64,000 nt of DNA, from the NCBI GenBank assembly GCA_934728255.1, contig CAKVEC010000005.1, forward strand, positions 8,419-72,418. The letters are read 5' to 3'. The position numbers and the translations under genes are program-made. The DNA is from an uncultured Bacteroidales bacterium (GTDB taxonomy: Bacteria > Bacteroidota > Bacteroidia > Bacteroidales > Paludibacteraceae). The notes beneath the pieces are model-generated. The model searched no databases. It had not been told where the DNA came from and saw only the letters and a program-made list of their open reading frames with translations. Below are positions 45,935-55,812 of the stretch, one piece after another; position 1 is the stretch's first letter; every line of letters begins with the position of its first letter.

Positions 45935-47803
45935 ATGAAAGCAAGACATCTATTCTTTGTCGTAGCAGGTTTCATAGGCTTGGCTATGAGTGGTTGCAAA
46001 GCGGATGTGGACTTGAAAAACATCAATACGACCGCAGAGTTGGATATGGGTATCGCTCTGCCCGTAGGTTCTATGAGTGCTACTATCGGTGATTTCCTTG
46101 CCGATGGGCAAATCTCGAATATCTATGTAGATTCGCTTAACAATAAGGGAATCCTGACATTCAAGGATACTTTCAGCATAGACAGAAAGTTCCACCAAGT
46201 GGATTTGAGTCAGTATGTTTCGGAGAAGACACTTACAATGAATGTCTATGACAAGTTACAGGGAACTCCGGAATTGAATAATCATCAGATTACGGGCGAT
46301 GATACCAAAGAGATTACATTGGCTTTTCCGCTCACGTTGAAACTGAAAGGTATCAATAGTGATGAGGATAATGAGCGATTGGATAGTGCGCTGATTGAAA
46401 ATGCAAATTTTATCAGTACGATTGTACCCAAGAATTTACCGCTTAAATGGGAGTGGATCAATAGTGTGAGTATTGATTTGGGTAGTGCTTTTTCCCGCCC
46501 GAAGGGCAAAAATGTGGTGGTGTATTCGAAGGGCGATGGATATGGGTATAGTCAGGATATTCCTGTTAGTGTTACAGAGTTTACTATCAATTTGATGAAA
46601 AACAGAACCCCATCTGCACCTGAGGCGTATTTCGGCAATGTGATAGATACCTGTGATTTTGTCATCTATTTCAATTTTACGGTGCCTACATCTGCAGGCA
46701 AGGTAACCATAGCCGATGATGCGGCGTTCGAATATCATTTGGGTGTGCAGTTTATCGATTATGCGGCTATTTGGGGAATGTTTACTCCATCAAAAGATAT
46801 GTATGATGAGGATACGGTAGAGATAGCCGAGCAGTGGAATACTTGGCGGCAACTCAAAAAAGCCAAACTGCCTTTTGCTGAACCTGTGATAGATATGCAG
46901 ATTACCACTCAAGTGGCGGGTGCGTTGATGATGCAGGGGGATTATCTGTTTGTGGAGACCGAAGACAAATCGCAGAAACGGTATGCCACTTTCAACGGAA
47001 GCCAAACGCTTTACCGTGATTTTACACCTGATGAGTATTTACCGCTGACGAGTGCAATAGGTGATTCGGCTACTATGCACGTGCGTTTCGACAATACGGA
47101 GGCTTTCGGGCATATTGATCGTCTGTTTGCCATTCGTCCTGATATATTTGGTTATAAATTTTCTATAGATTTTAATCGTCAGCGTACACCGCAGATACGT
47201 ATCACACCCAATACAGGTATCTATGTGGACGCTATTGCTACGTTGCCTTTTATTTTCAATGAAGGGGTAGGTTTGGAGTATAGTGACACCATTAAGAATA
47301 TAGACATCAGCCGATATACGCTGGATTCGTTGTTGGCATCGGTGGATATGATTGATACGCTGAAAACCAGCGATTTGAAACTGATAATGAAGATAACCAA
47401 CTCCATTCCTCTGGATATCAAAGGTGTATTCTATGCATTGGACGAGAATGGCGATGTGGTTACTGAACCGGACGATCCCACCAAGGTTTATCGTTTGACT
47501 TCATCCGATACTATCCGGATTCAGGCGCCGGTCTATCGTTTCGAGGGTGGGGCGGCTATACCGACAGCGAGCGAGCAGACTGAGATAGTGTTGATAGACA
47601 AAAAGCATTTTGATACATTCAGCAAGATTAAAAGCATTGTCTATACGGCAAGTATTGATGATGAATCGTTGCAGAGTGCATATCAGCACGGCGGTTTCAA
47701 TGTACGTATTGCAGAGGATAACAAACTGAAGGTACAATTGGGGTTGACTGCCAAAGTGGATGCTGTTTTAGATTTGGATAATATAAAAAGGACCAATGAA
47801 TAA
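45935..47803 (+). CDS. Hypothetical lipoprotein
   Basis: Signal plus lipobox 'GLAMSGC'. 622 aa, with no family recognised. It is co-oriented with the downstream OmpA-family gene, 13 nt away. Confidence 0.55.
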   Translation: MKARHLFFVVAGFIGLAMSGCKADVDLKNINTTAELDMGIALPVGSMSATIGDFLADGQISNIYVDSLNNKGILTFKDTFSIDRKFHQVDLSQYVSEKTLTMNVYDKLQGTPELNNHQITGDDTKEITLAFPLTLKLKGINSDEDNERLDSALIENANFISTIVPKNLPLKWEWINSVSIDLGSAFSRPKGKNVVVYSKGDGYGYSQDIPVSVTEFTINLMKNRTPSAPEAYFGNVIDTCDFVIYFNFTVPTSAGKVTIADDAAFEYHLGVQFIDYAAIWGMFTPSKDMYDEDTVEIAEQWNTWRQLKKAKLPFAEPVIDMQITTQVAGALMMQGDYLFVETEDKSQKRYATFNGSQTLYRDFTPDEYLPLTSAIGDSATMHVRFDNTEAFGHIDRLFAIRPDIFGYKFSIDFNRQRTPQIRITPNTGIYVDAIATLPFIFNEGVGLEYSDTIKNIDISRYTLDSLLASVDMIDTLKTSDLKLIMKITNSIPLDIKGVFYALDENGDVVTEPDDPTKVYRLTSSDTIRIQAPVYRFEGGAAIPTASEQTEIVLIDKKHFDTFSKIKSIVYTASIDDESLQSAYQHGGFNVRIAEDNKLKVQLGLTAKVDAVLDLDNIKRTNE

Positions 47804-47816
47804 GGAGAACTGACCA

Positions 47817-50447
47817 ATGAAAAACGTATTTCGTAAATGGATGGTTGTGGCTCTCCTTGCTGGCGCCGTCAGCATTCAGGCACAACAGGTAACAACTCTC
47901 TATTTCTTGGAAAATGCGCCGATGCGCCATATCGTAAACCCGGCTTTTCAACCGGTAAGCAATGGGTATATTAATTTTACGCCATTAGGCTATACCGGTT
48001 TGTGGGTGGGTAATAACTCACTGACAATGAGCGACCTTATTTATATAGATCCGCTTACGGGGCAGACTATTACGGCTCTGCACCCCAATGGTGATAAGGC
48101 TGCATTGCTTCGTGCTTTCCGCAAGGCCACGTTGGTGGATGGTGATGTTACTGCCGACTTGCTTAGTTTTGGTTTCCGTACAAAAAATGAAAACGGCTAT
48201 TTCCATTTTAATGTTATGGAGCGTGTCGAGGGTGGGGTAGCCCTTCCATATGACCTGTTTGGCTTTGTACTTGGCGGAGGTATGCAGGATTTGAATGGAG
48301 GTATCAACTATATAGATCTCAATCGGTTAGGTGTTCGTGCTACAATGTACACCGAGATCGGTTTCGGCTACTCGCATCGTATCAATGACCAATGGACGGT
48401 CGGTGGCAAACTGAAAGTGCTGTTAGGAACTATGTATGCTGGACTGACAAGTTCCAATCTCGGCATTGATGCTTCGGCTACCGAGTGGCGCATACATGGT
48501 ACGGGCGATTTGATGGTGGCGGCTCCTATCAACTGGGATGCCGTTCCTTTGGATATCAACAAGGAGACTATGAATGGCTTTAATACCGATAATCTGGTCA
48601 ATACTGAAGATACCGGAGCATTGATTAAATCACTGCTTACTCCAAGTGGTTATGGTGCGGCTTTTGATTTGGGTTTTACCTATAAACCCATTGAACAACT
48701 GCAAATTACTGCTGCAGTAAACGACCTTGGTTTTATATATTGGAATGGCGGGCGTCGCTATAATTGCACGATTGATACCACGTTTACCGGTGTCGGAGAT
48801 TTTACGTACGACCACTATGTTGTGGATGGAAAGTTTGATTCGGATAGCCTGCTCAATGATGTAAAAAGCAATCTGATTGGTATTGTGGATGGTACTACCG
48901 CCACGATGGCGGGTACTGGGTTTGCCCGTATGCTGAGTGCCAAACTCAATATAGGTATTGACGCCAATTTCTGGGATAATCGTATAGGCGTAGGCGTGCT
49001 GTCAAAGACACGTCTTTGCAACCGCCGTTTATATGAGGAGGTTACGCTCGGTGCGGCTTTGCGCCCGTGTAATTGGTTTAACCTGGCATTGAGTTATTCT
49101 TTGGTAAATAATGGAAAATACAGCAATCTCGGTGCGGGACTCAGTTTCATGCCCTATGATGGTGTTAACTTGACATTGGCAATGGATTATATACCCACCT
49201 CGTATGCTTATTACGATGTAGAGCAGGACGGTGGAAAAACTGTTCATTGTCCTATTCCTTACAAAGCCAAAGGTGTTAATCTTGCATTGGGTTTCAGCAT
49301 TGTATGGGGAACCAACAAGAGCAGAAAGGATACCGACAAGGATGGTATCTACGATCGCTTGGATATGTGTCCTAATACGCCAAAGAACGTCCAAGTGGAT
49401 GCTCTCGGTTGCCCTATAGACTCGGATGGTGATGGGGTTCCCGACTATCTTGACCGCTGTCCCGGTACGCCCGAATCGGCTTATGGATTGGTAGATAGCG
49501 TAGGCTGTCCGATAGATTCCGATGGCGATGGTGTGCCTGATTATCTGGATGAGTGTTCCAATACTCCCGCCGGTGCTATCGGTATGGTGGATGAGAAAGG
49601 TTGTGAGATCGACTCTGACGGCGATGGTGTCCCAGACTGGCGTGATGAATGTCCCGGTACCCCGATTGAGGCACAAGGCTATATTGACGACAAAGGTTGC
49701 CTGTTGGATACAGATGGTGACGGAGTTCCCGATTATCTCGACGAATGTCCCGACACGCCCGAGGCTGCGTATGGTATGGTGGACGGAAAAGGGTGTCCTA
49801 TTGATTCGGATGGCGACGGAGTTCCCAATTATTTGGACGAATGTCCCAATACGCCTGCCGAGGCAAAGGGCTTTGTGGACGAGAAAGGTTGTGAGATAGA
49901 TACTGACGGGGATGGGGTTCCCGATTGGAAAGACGAATGTCCGACGGTGGCAGGTCCGAAATACAACAAAGGTTGTCCTGAGGTAAAACGTGAGGTGCGC
50001 AACCTGCTTAAGAAAGCGATGCAGGGTATCCAGTTCGAGAACGGAAAGGCAAATATCAAGAAAGCCTCGTATCCGCTGCTTGATCAGATTGCCAAGACCT
50101 TTATTGACAATCCGACCTTTATGATCGAGGTGCAGGGGCATACCGACAATGTGGGTAAGGCGGACTTTAACAAGACCTTGAGTGACAAGCGTGCACACGC
50201 TGTGATGGACTATCTGGTGAAGAAAGGTGTTCCCGCAGAGCGTATGACTGCACACGGCTATGGTATGGAAGTACCTATTGCAGACAACAAGACTGCCAAG
50301 GGGCGTGCTTTGAACCGCCGTGTGGAGTTCAATATAACCTTTGAGGAGATTACTTACGAGACGATCCTCGACCACGCAGATTCTACTTTGCTGCCAAAGC
50401 AGGACACCATTCAGGCACTGCCGTTGGATTCGGCGCAAAACCGATGA
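47817..50447 (+). CDS. OmpA-family outer membrane protein with N-terminal beta-barrel-like domain and thrombospondin type-3 repeats
   Basis: Signal peptide, then about eight 'DSDGDGVPDYLDECP.TP' Ca-binding repeats. The C-terminal OmpA_C region is 'IEVQGHTDNVG...NKTLSDKRAHAV...NRRVEF'. Confidence 0.85.
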   Translation: MKNVFRKWMVVALLAGAVSIQAQQVTTLYFLENAPMRHIVNPAFQPVSNGYINFTPLGYTGLWVGNNSLTMSDLIYIDPLTGQTITALHPNGDKAALLRAFRKATLVDGDVTADLLSFGFRTKNENGYFHFNVMERVEGGVALPYDLFGFVLGGGMQDLNGGINYIDLNRLGVRATMYTEIGFGYSHRINDQWTVGGKLKVLLGTMYAGLTSSNLGIDASATEWRIHGTGDLMVAAPINWDAVPLDINKETMNGFNTDNLVNTEDTGALIKSLLTPSGYGAAFDLGFTYKPIEQLQITAAVNDLGFIYWNGGRRYNCTIDTTFTGVGDFTYDHYVVDGKFDSDSLLNDVKSNLIGIVDGTTATMAGTGFARMLSAKLNIGIDANFWDNRIGVGVLSKTRLCNRRLYEEVTLGAALRPCNWFNLALSYSLVNNGKYSNLGAGLSFMPYDGVNLTLAMDYIPTSYAYYDVEQDGGKTVHCPIPYKAKGVNLALGFSIVWGTNKSRKDTDKDGIYDRLDMCPNTPKNVQVDALGCPIDSDGDGVPDYLDRCPGTPESAYGLVDSVGCPIDSDGDGVPDYLDECSNTPAGAIGMVDEKGCEIDSDGDGVPDWRDECPGTPIEAQGYIDDKGCLLDTDGDGVPDYLDECPDTPEAAYGMVDGKGCPIDSDGDGVPNYLDECPNTPAEAKGFVDEKGCEIDTDGDGVPDWKDECPTVAGPKYNKGCPEVKREVRNLLKKAMQGIQFENGKANIKKASYPLLDQIAKTFIDNPTFMIEVQGHTDNVGKADFNKTLSDKRAHAVMDYLVKKGVPAERMTAHGYGMEVPIADNKTAKGRALNRRVEFNITFEEITYETILDHADSTLLPKQDTIQALPLDSAQNR

Positions 50448-50509
50448 ATCAACTAAGTACGCATAAACAATAAACTAATAAACTTATAATAAACAAATAA
50501 ACTAAAAGT

Positions 50510-51229
50510 ATGGGACGCGCATTTGAATATCGCAAAGCAACCAAACTGAAACGTTGGGGCCATATGGCTCGTACATTCACCAAACTCGGTAAAGAAATTA
50601 CAATCGCTGCTCGTGAGGGTGGTCCGGATCCCGATAGCAACCCGCGTTTGCGTACACTGATACAGCAGTGCAAACGGGAAAATATGCCAAAGGAGAACAT
50701 CGATCGTGCTATCAAAAAAGCCACCGATAAATCATCGGAGGGCTACAAGGAAATCAACTACGAAGGATATGGTCCGCATGGTGTGGCTATCTTTATTGAA
50801 ACGGCTACCGACAACAATATGCGTACGGTGGCCAATATCCGTTCGTATTTTACTAAGCATGGGGGAACTCTCGGTACGCAAGGCTGCTTGCAATTCCTTT
50901 TCGACCGAAAAGCCTGCTTCACGGTGAGCCCGAAAGAAGGCGTGGATTTGGACGAACTCGAACTCGAATTGATTGATTTCGGAGTAGAGGAACTTGGCAA
51001 CGATGAGGATGGAAACATCATCATCTACGGCGATTTCAACCAGTATTCGCAAATCCAAAAGTATCTCGAGGACAACGGTTTCGAAATCCAGAGTTGTGAG
51101 TTTGTGCGTATTCCGAACGACTACAAGACCCTCACAGACGAGGAAAAAGAGTCTGTTCAGAAACTCATCGACCGTATCGAAGAGGATGAGGACGTGCAGA
51201 ATGTCTTCACCAATATGGCTGAAGAGTAA
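50510..51229 (+). CDS. yebC: YebC/PmpR family transcriptional regulator
   Basis: 'MGRAFEYRKATKLKRWGHMARTFTKLGKEI...AREGGPDPDSNPRLR' is the characteristic N-terminus. Confidence 0.9.
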   Translation: MGRAFEYRKATKLKRWGHMARTFTKLGKEITIAAREGGPDPDSNPRLRTLIQQCKRENMPKENIDRAIKKATDKSSEGYKEINYEGYGPHGVAIFIETATDNNMRTVANIRSYFTKHGGTLGTQGCLQFLFDRKACFTVSPKEGVDLDELELELIDFGVEELGNDEDGNIIIYGDFNQYSQIQKYLEDNGFEIQSCEFVRIPNDYKTLTDEEKESVQKLIDRIEEDEDVQNVFTNMAEE

Positions 51230-51266
51230 GAGAATTTACACACTTACCAATTTACAAATTCTCTCG

Positions 51267-51884
51267 ATGGAACTGATCCGTCAATACTTTTCGCTGACAG
51301 CGCGTCAGGAGCAGCAGTTTGCTGCGCTTGACGCGTTTTATCGTGAATGGAACAGTAAGATCAATGTCATCTCCCGCAAGGATATTGATAATCTCTATGA
51401 ACATCACGTCTTACATTCGCTTGCCATAGCCAAAGTGCTGCCTTTTCAGCCGCAGAGCAAGATTCTTGATGTTGGTACGGGGGGGGGCTTCCCGGGGGTG
51501 CCGTTGGCTATTCTGTTTCCGGAGTGTGAGTTTACACTTATCGATTCCATCGGTAAGAAAGTCCGTGTTGCGCAGGAGGTTTCCAATGCCATAGGACTTA
51601 CTAATGTGCGCTGTATTCAGGAACGTGTAGAGGACGAGAAGGGCAAGTTCGACTTTGTGGTCTCTCGGGCTGTAATGCCTTTGTCCGACCTTGTCAAACT
51701 CGTGCAGAAGAATATCAGTCGTACCCAGCACAATGCCGTACCTAATGGTCTGGTAGTACTCAAAGGCGGCGATTTGGCAGACGAACTGCGTCCTTTCCAA
51801 AAGCGTGTGGAGATTACGCCTATTAACCAACTCTTTGCGGGTGATTGGTTTGAAACCAAGCAAGTCATCTACTTACCTATGTAG
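51267..51884 (+). CDS. rsmG: 16S rRNA (guanine527-N7)-methyltransferase
   Basis: The start is taken at the internal ATG (MELIRQYF...). 'ILDVGTGGGFPGVPLAI' is the SAM motif. The upstream part of ORF 50994 overlaps yebC and is discarded. Confidence 0.85.
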   Translation: MELIRQYFSLTARQEQQFAALDAFYREWNSKINVISRKDIDNLYEHHVLHSLAIAKVLPFQPQSKILDVGTGGGFPGVPLAILFPECEFTLIDSIGKKVRVAQEVSNAIGLTNVRCIQERVEDEKGKFDFVVSRAVMPLSDLVKLVQKNISRTQHNAVPNGLVVLKGGDLADELRPFQKRVEITPINQLFAGDWFETKQVIYLPM

Positions 51885-51921
51885 CCTGTATATCTCCACC
51901 GAATAAGGTATAGGTGATTCC

Positions 51922-51954
51922 TTATAGGATGGTTATAGGATAGTTATAGGATAC
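51922..51954. repeat. Three tandem 11-bp units (ttataggatgg/ttataggatag/ttataggatac)
   Basis: Read directly in the rsmG to MBL spacer. Confidence 0.85.
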
Positions 51955-52008
51955 TCTATTTTTGCCATCATTTAATTCCAAGCAGCCCGAAGGGCGGTCT
52001 CATAGCGA

Positions 52009-52557
52009 ATGACAATCAAACCTTTCTATTTCAATCCATACCGCGAATGTACCTACGTGGTATGGGACGAGCAGAACCCGAACCATAAGGCACTGCTGAT
52101 TGATGCAGGTATGTATGGCGAGGCGGAAGAAAAGCGAATGGCGGATTTCCTAACCAAAGGAAACCTTTCGCCGATAGCCTTACTCATTACACATACTCAC
52201 CCTGACCATATATGTGGAGTGGACTTTGTGCGTAGCACTTATGGTATAGAACCGATTATCTGTCCGCCCGAAGGCGCATTGCAGATACCTGATTTTGACG
52301 GAATCGAGGTGCTGCGTACCCCCGGACATAAGGAAGATTGTGTGTGCTACTATTGGCGTCCGCAAGGCTGTGTCTTTACAGGCGATACCCTTTTCAAAGA
52401 TTCTGTCGGGCGTACCGACCTCGCCGGTGGAGATATGCCTATGTTGATTCGTTCGCTTGATAAACTCAAGCAACTGCCAGACAATACGATTGTTTATCCC
52501 GGACATGGTTATCAAACCACTATAGGACAAGAAAAGCGGTTTAATCCCTATTTATGA
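52009..52557 (+). CDS. MBL-fold metallo-hydrolase
   Basis: 'LITHTHPDHICG' (HxHxDH), 'TPGHKEDCVCY' and 'YPGHG'. Confidence 0.8.
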   Translation: MTIKPFYFNPYRECTYVVWDEQNPNHKALLIDAGMYGEAEEKRMADFLTKGNLSPIALLITHTHPDHICGVDFVRSTYGIEPIICPPEGALQIPDFDGIEVLRTPGHKEDCVCYYWRPQGCVFTGDTLFKDSVGRTDLAGGDMPMLIRSLDKLKQLPDNTIVYPGHGYQTTIGQEKRFNPYL

Positions 52558-53189
52558 AATATAGCAAAAGCAATATATTGGTAGCCATTGCCGCAGTGAT
52601 GGTTACAGGCTATCTGACTGCCAACGTGATGGCTACGCAGATTATCCGAATCGGCGACCTCAGTATCTTTGATGCCGGGACAATCATATTTCCCATTACC
52701 TATATGTTGGGCGAGGTGGTAACCGAAGTATGGGGGTTCCGCACCGCACGTCGGTTGATACTGCTTACTTTCTTTTGCCAAATGTTGTTCACGCTTTTTG
52801 CTTGGATAGGTACATTGGTACCCGTTCCCGTAGAGACGGTGGAGATGCAAGAGGCATACCGCCAAATTTTCGGTTTTGTACCGCGTATAATGTGCGCGTC
52901 GGTGTGTGCTTTCCTGGTGGGCGAGACCACCAATGCGTGGGTGATGAGCCGGCTGAAAGAACGTGTCGGTGGACCGATGTGGACGCGCACCATCAGCAGT
53001 TCGATAGCGGGATACGTGTTGGATACCACTATCTTTGTGTGTATTGCTTTTGCAGGTGTTGTCTCCTTTACGCAAGTGATGACTATGATAGGTTTTCAGG
53101 TGCTTGCCAAAGTGCTGATGGAAATATGTTGTTCCACTCCGTTGGCGTATGCCACAGTAGCGTGGATACGAAAACACCTGCCGGAATAG
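52554..53189 (+). CDS. yhhQ: Queuosine-precursor transporter, YhhQ/DUF165 (VUT) family
   Basis: 'DAGTIIFPITYMLGEVVTEVWGF' plus multiple TM helices. The start overlaps the MBL stop by 4 nt. Confidence 0.75.
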   Translation: MKYSKSNILVAIAAVMVTGYLTANVMATQIIRIGDLSIFDAGTIIFPITYMLGEVVTEVWGFRTARRLILLTFFCQMLFTLFAWIGTLVPVPVETVEMQEAYRQIFGFVPRIMCASVCAFLVGETTNAWVMSRLKERVGGPMWTRTISSSIAGYVLDTTIFVCIAFAGVVSFTQVMTMIGFQVLAKVLMEICCSTPLAYATVAWIRKHLPE

Positions 53190-53207
53190 ACGACAGGTGT
53201 TTTTTTA
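53175..53207. terminator. Putative bidirectional intrinsic terminator between convergent yhhQ and dgt
   Basis: 'aaaaCACCTGccggaatagacgaCAGGTGtttttttt' has a 6-bp stem flanked by an A-run and a T-run. Confidence 0.45.
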
Positions 53208-53232
53208 TGTATGGCGAATGTTTTTTTCTCCG

Positions 53233-54651
53233 CTACATTCCACATAGGAAACGATATGTTTCGAGGGCGTATTTGTCGGTCATACCTGCCACCCAATCAA
53301 CGACCAGTCGCAGTTGGTGATAGCGGTCGAGATGCAAGATGTCAATGGACGCTTCTGCCTGCATCTCGGGATGTTGTGCTTCGTATTCTGCTGCCACTAA
53401 ATGTTGCATAGAGGATGAAATAAGTTTCTCTACACGCCAATCCTGCTTTTCTATAAGCAAATGCAAGGTCTTGTCCAATATGCCGGTTAGGACTGTGGCT
53501 CCTGTCATTTCGGCATGGGCTATTTCCGATGTTTGGAAGATGTGTTCTATTTCAAAGATACCCAATGCGTTGCATAGCGGGTCGTCTTCTAATAGTTCCT
53601 TGCCGTATGTGCCGTGGTCTATTTCTTCCAAATGTGCGATAAAGGTCTTTCTTGTGACGTGGGTGAGGTAGTTCATTAGTGCCACGCGCAAATCAACGAC
53701 CATCTTATCATATGTGTAGTTTCCGCTATTGTAATGTTTTTCCAAACGCAGCATTTGAACAATTTCCTCCACGGGACAATGTAGGCTGTCTGCCAAGTAG
53801 GAAAGAGTCTGCTCTATGTTGACCAATTGTTTAGAAATACCGTCTTCCAAGTCCATTACGCGATAGCAGATAGTATCTGCCGCTTCTACGAGAAATGCCA
53901 GCGGATGGCGTTTGATAGTGCCGTCTTTGCGGTAGAGATGGCAATGTGAGGCTGTATGTTCCAATATCGTCTGTTCGGATGTGAATACCCCGTGTTTGTG
54001 TATTGCCACATTGCCTTCTTTGTCTTTGCGCCCTGTATTCGGATATTTCAAATAGGCTGCAAGGGTGGAGTAGGTAAGGTTGAGCCCATATAAGTCGTTG
54101 AGATAAGGCATTTTGGTCAATATACGGAACCCCTGTGCATTGCCGTCAAATTGCGTAAAATCAAGACGCTGTTGCTCGGTTAATTCTTCTAACAGGTGCG
54201 CCCCTTTGTGCTTGAAATAGTCTTGTATTATGGCTTCTCCGCAGTGTCCGAAAGGAGGGTTGCCTATGTCATGTACAAAAGCGGCAGTCTTCACTATGGC
54301 AGATATTTCACGTTCTAAATCGCGGTCGTCATAGTGATACATTTGCCTGAAATCCGGGGTGCGGCATACACCGATACACAGCGAGTCGGCAACGCTCATC
54401 ACCTCCATAGAGTGCGTGAGACGTGTGTGAACCGAGTCTCCGTTAGTGAGAGGAAACACTTGTGTCTTGTCGTGCATACGCCGTGCGGCATTGCTGAATA
54501 TTACTCGCCCGAAATCGCTTTCAAAATTATTGCGGTAGTCGGGAGTAATATCGTATGAAACATTTGGATGCGAATGTTTGTTGAACGTAAAGAATGATTG
54601 TCGTTCGCGTTCTATAGACAGGTACTCATACCATTTAATATCAGCATACAT
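53233..54651 (-). CDS. dgt: dGTP triphosphohydrolase-like HD-domain protein
   Basis: 'TRLTHSMEV', 'FVHDIGNPPFGH', and 'DWVAGMTDKYA' at the C-terminus. The start is taken at MYADIKW (54651). Confidence 0.85.
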   Translation of the reverse strand: MYADIKWYEYLSIERERQSFFTFNKHSHPNVSYDITPDYRNNFESDFGRVIFSNAARRMHDKTQVFPLTNGDSVHTRLTHSMEVMSVADSLCIGVCRTPDFRQMYHYDDRDLEREISAIVKTAAFVHDIGNPPFGHCGEAIIQDYFKHKGAHLLEELTEQQRLDFTQFDGNAQGFRILTKMPYLNDLYGLNLTYSTLAAYLKYPNTGRKDKEGNVAIHKHGVFTSEQTILEHTASHCHLYRKDGTIKRHPLAFLVEAADTICYRVMDLEDGISKQLVNIEQTLSYLADSLHCPVEEIVQMLRLEKHYNSGNYTYDKMVVDLRVALMNYLTHVTRKTFIAHLEEIDHGTYGKELLEDDPLCNALGIFEIEHIFQTSEIAHAEMTGATVLTGILDKTLHLLIEKQDWRVEKLISSSMQHLVAAEYEAQHPEMQAEASIDILHLDRYHQLRLVVDWVAGMTDKYALETYRFLCGM

Positions 54652-54829
54652 AGGAGTTAGTGTTTTGTTGACAAGGCAAAGGTACTGCTTTTTGGCGGAA
54701 TAAACAAGAGCAATTAGCAATTAACAATTAATAATTAACATTAGAGCGGATGTAAGCATAGTGAATATGCAGCGCGAGTGCATAAAATGTGTATAAAAAC
54801 ACGCTTAACATCCCTGCAAAAGCCTATTC

Positions 54830-54862
54830 TTTCTACGTCCTTTCTACGTCTTTTCTACGTAA
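54830..54862. repeat. Three tandem 11-bp units tttctacgtcc/tttctacgtct/tttctacgtaa (reverse of TACGTAGAAAG family)
   Basis: Read directly in the divergent spacer between dgt and the DUF6089 gene. Confidence 0.85.
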
Positions 54863-54991
54863 TTAGTATTATGAGGTATAGGAGTTTGCATAATATGTAT
54901 ATTTTTTGCATATTGTATGTATGGCAAGAGAGGATTATAGGCAAAACACGGAGAAAATGGGATAGTGCTTGCGTATATCTGTTTTTTTGTG

Positions 54992-54999
54992 TAACTTTG
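54992..54999 (+). promoter_or_regulatory. Bacteroidota -7 motif ('taactttg')
   Basis: Exact TAnnTTTG match, 39 nt upstream of the ATG at 55038. Confidence 0.45.
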
Positions 55000-55037
55000 C
55001 ACGCTAATCGTATTTAGTAAATCATCGTATCTGAAAA

Positions 55038-55796
55038 ATGGGCACTAAGCAAATATACAGGTCTTCGGGCAGTCGTAAGGCGGAGGATTTGTTGCGAGTA
55101 TGGATGGTATTCGCAGCGTTGATGTATTCTCTGCTGCTTTTTGCCGATGACAGACCCTATCTGTGCGAATTAGGTTTGCAGGCAGGGTGCGGGTACTATG
55201 TGGGCGATGCGACAACGCATATTTTCAACCATCCGCGTGAGGCATACGGGGCGCATTTCCGATATAAATTTACCAACCGATGGGCATTGCAGGTAAAGGG
55301 GCTGACGCAGCGTATTACGGGCTATGAATACGATGACCGGATGCAGAAACAGGATGCGATGTGGAGTACGCAGATAATCAACCTTGATGCCATGGCGGAG
55401 TTCAATTTCTTCCGCTTTGGCGGGAAAACCTACGACACACGGGTCAAACCGCTGACACCCTATATATTCCTCGGTGTAGGCGTAGCGGTGTACGGCAGCG
55501 GAATGAATATCGGCGGGTGGGACTGGAGCAACTATGGCGGCAAGGTACCCGTGGCATTTTATGTCCCGCTGGGCTTCGGGTTGAAATGGAAATTTGCGGA
55601 ACGATTCGGATTGAATCTGGCATGGCAGCATAATATATATATGGCTGACAATCTGGAGGGTAGAGAGATCTTGAACAATACTCATAACCTCAATGGCAGC
55701 AATATATTGAACTTTGATGTAACCTCGCAACTTACTCTCGGCATAGTTTTTGAATTTGCCCAAGAGAAAAAAGAATGCAGAACCTGTATGTATTGA
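55038..55796 (+). CDS. Outer-membrane beta-barrel protein (DUF6089-like)
   Basis: Beta-barrel-like alternating pattern ending in 'LTLGIVFEF'. Its position upstream of uppS-bamA matches the conserved Bacteroidota synteny, as recalled from memory. Confidence 0.6.
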   Translation: MGTKQIYRSSGSRKAEDLLRVWMVFAALMYSLLLFADDRPYLCELGLQAGCGYYVGDATTHIFNHPREAYGAHFRYKFTNRWALQVKGLTQRITGYEYDDRMQKQDAMWSTQIINLDAMAEFNFFRFGGKTYDTRVKPLTPYIFLGVGVAVYGSGMNIGGWDWSNYGGKVPVAFYVPLGFGLKWKFAERFGLNLAWQHNIYMADNLEGREILNNTHNLNGSNILNFDVTSQLTLGIVFEFAQEKKECRTCMY

Positions 55797-55812
55797 CAAT
55801 GCATAATGCACA

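Noticed and set aside
49380-49950. DNA-level tandem repeats of about 70-75 nt.
   Set aside because: They are the coding repeats of the thrombospondin type-3 (DxDxDGxxDxxD) modules within the OmpA-family gene, not a noncoding array.
49029-50438. A 469-aa minus-strand ORF opposite the OmpA/TSP3 gene.
   Set aside because: The plus-strand frame encodes unmistakable TSP3 repeats and an OmpA_C domain. The antisense frame stays open only because the codon composition is repetitive.
50994-51266. An N-terminal 91-aa extension of the rsmG ORF in the six-frame track.
   Set aside because: It overlaps the 3' half of yebC in another frame and is Ser/Thr/Arg-rich. The RsmG homology starts at the internal MELIRQYF.
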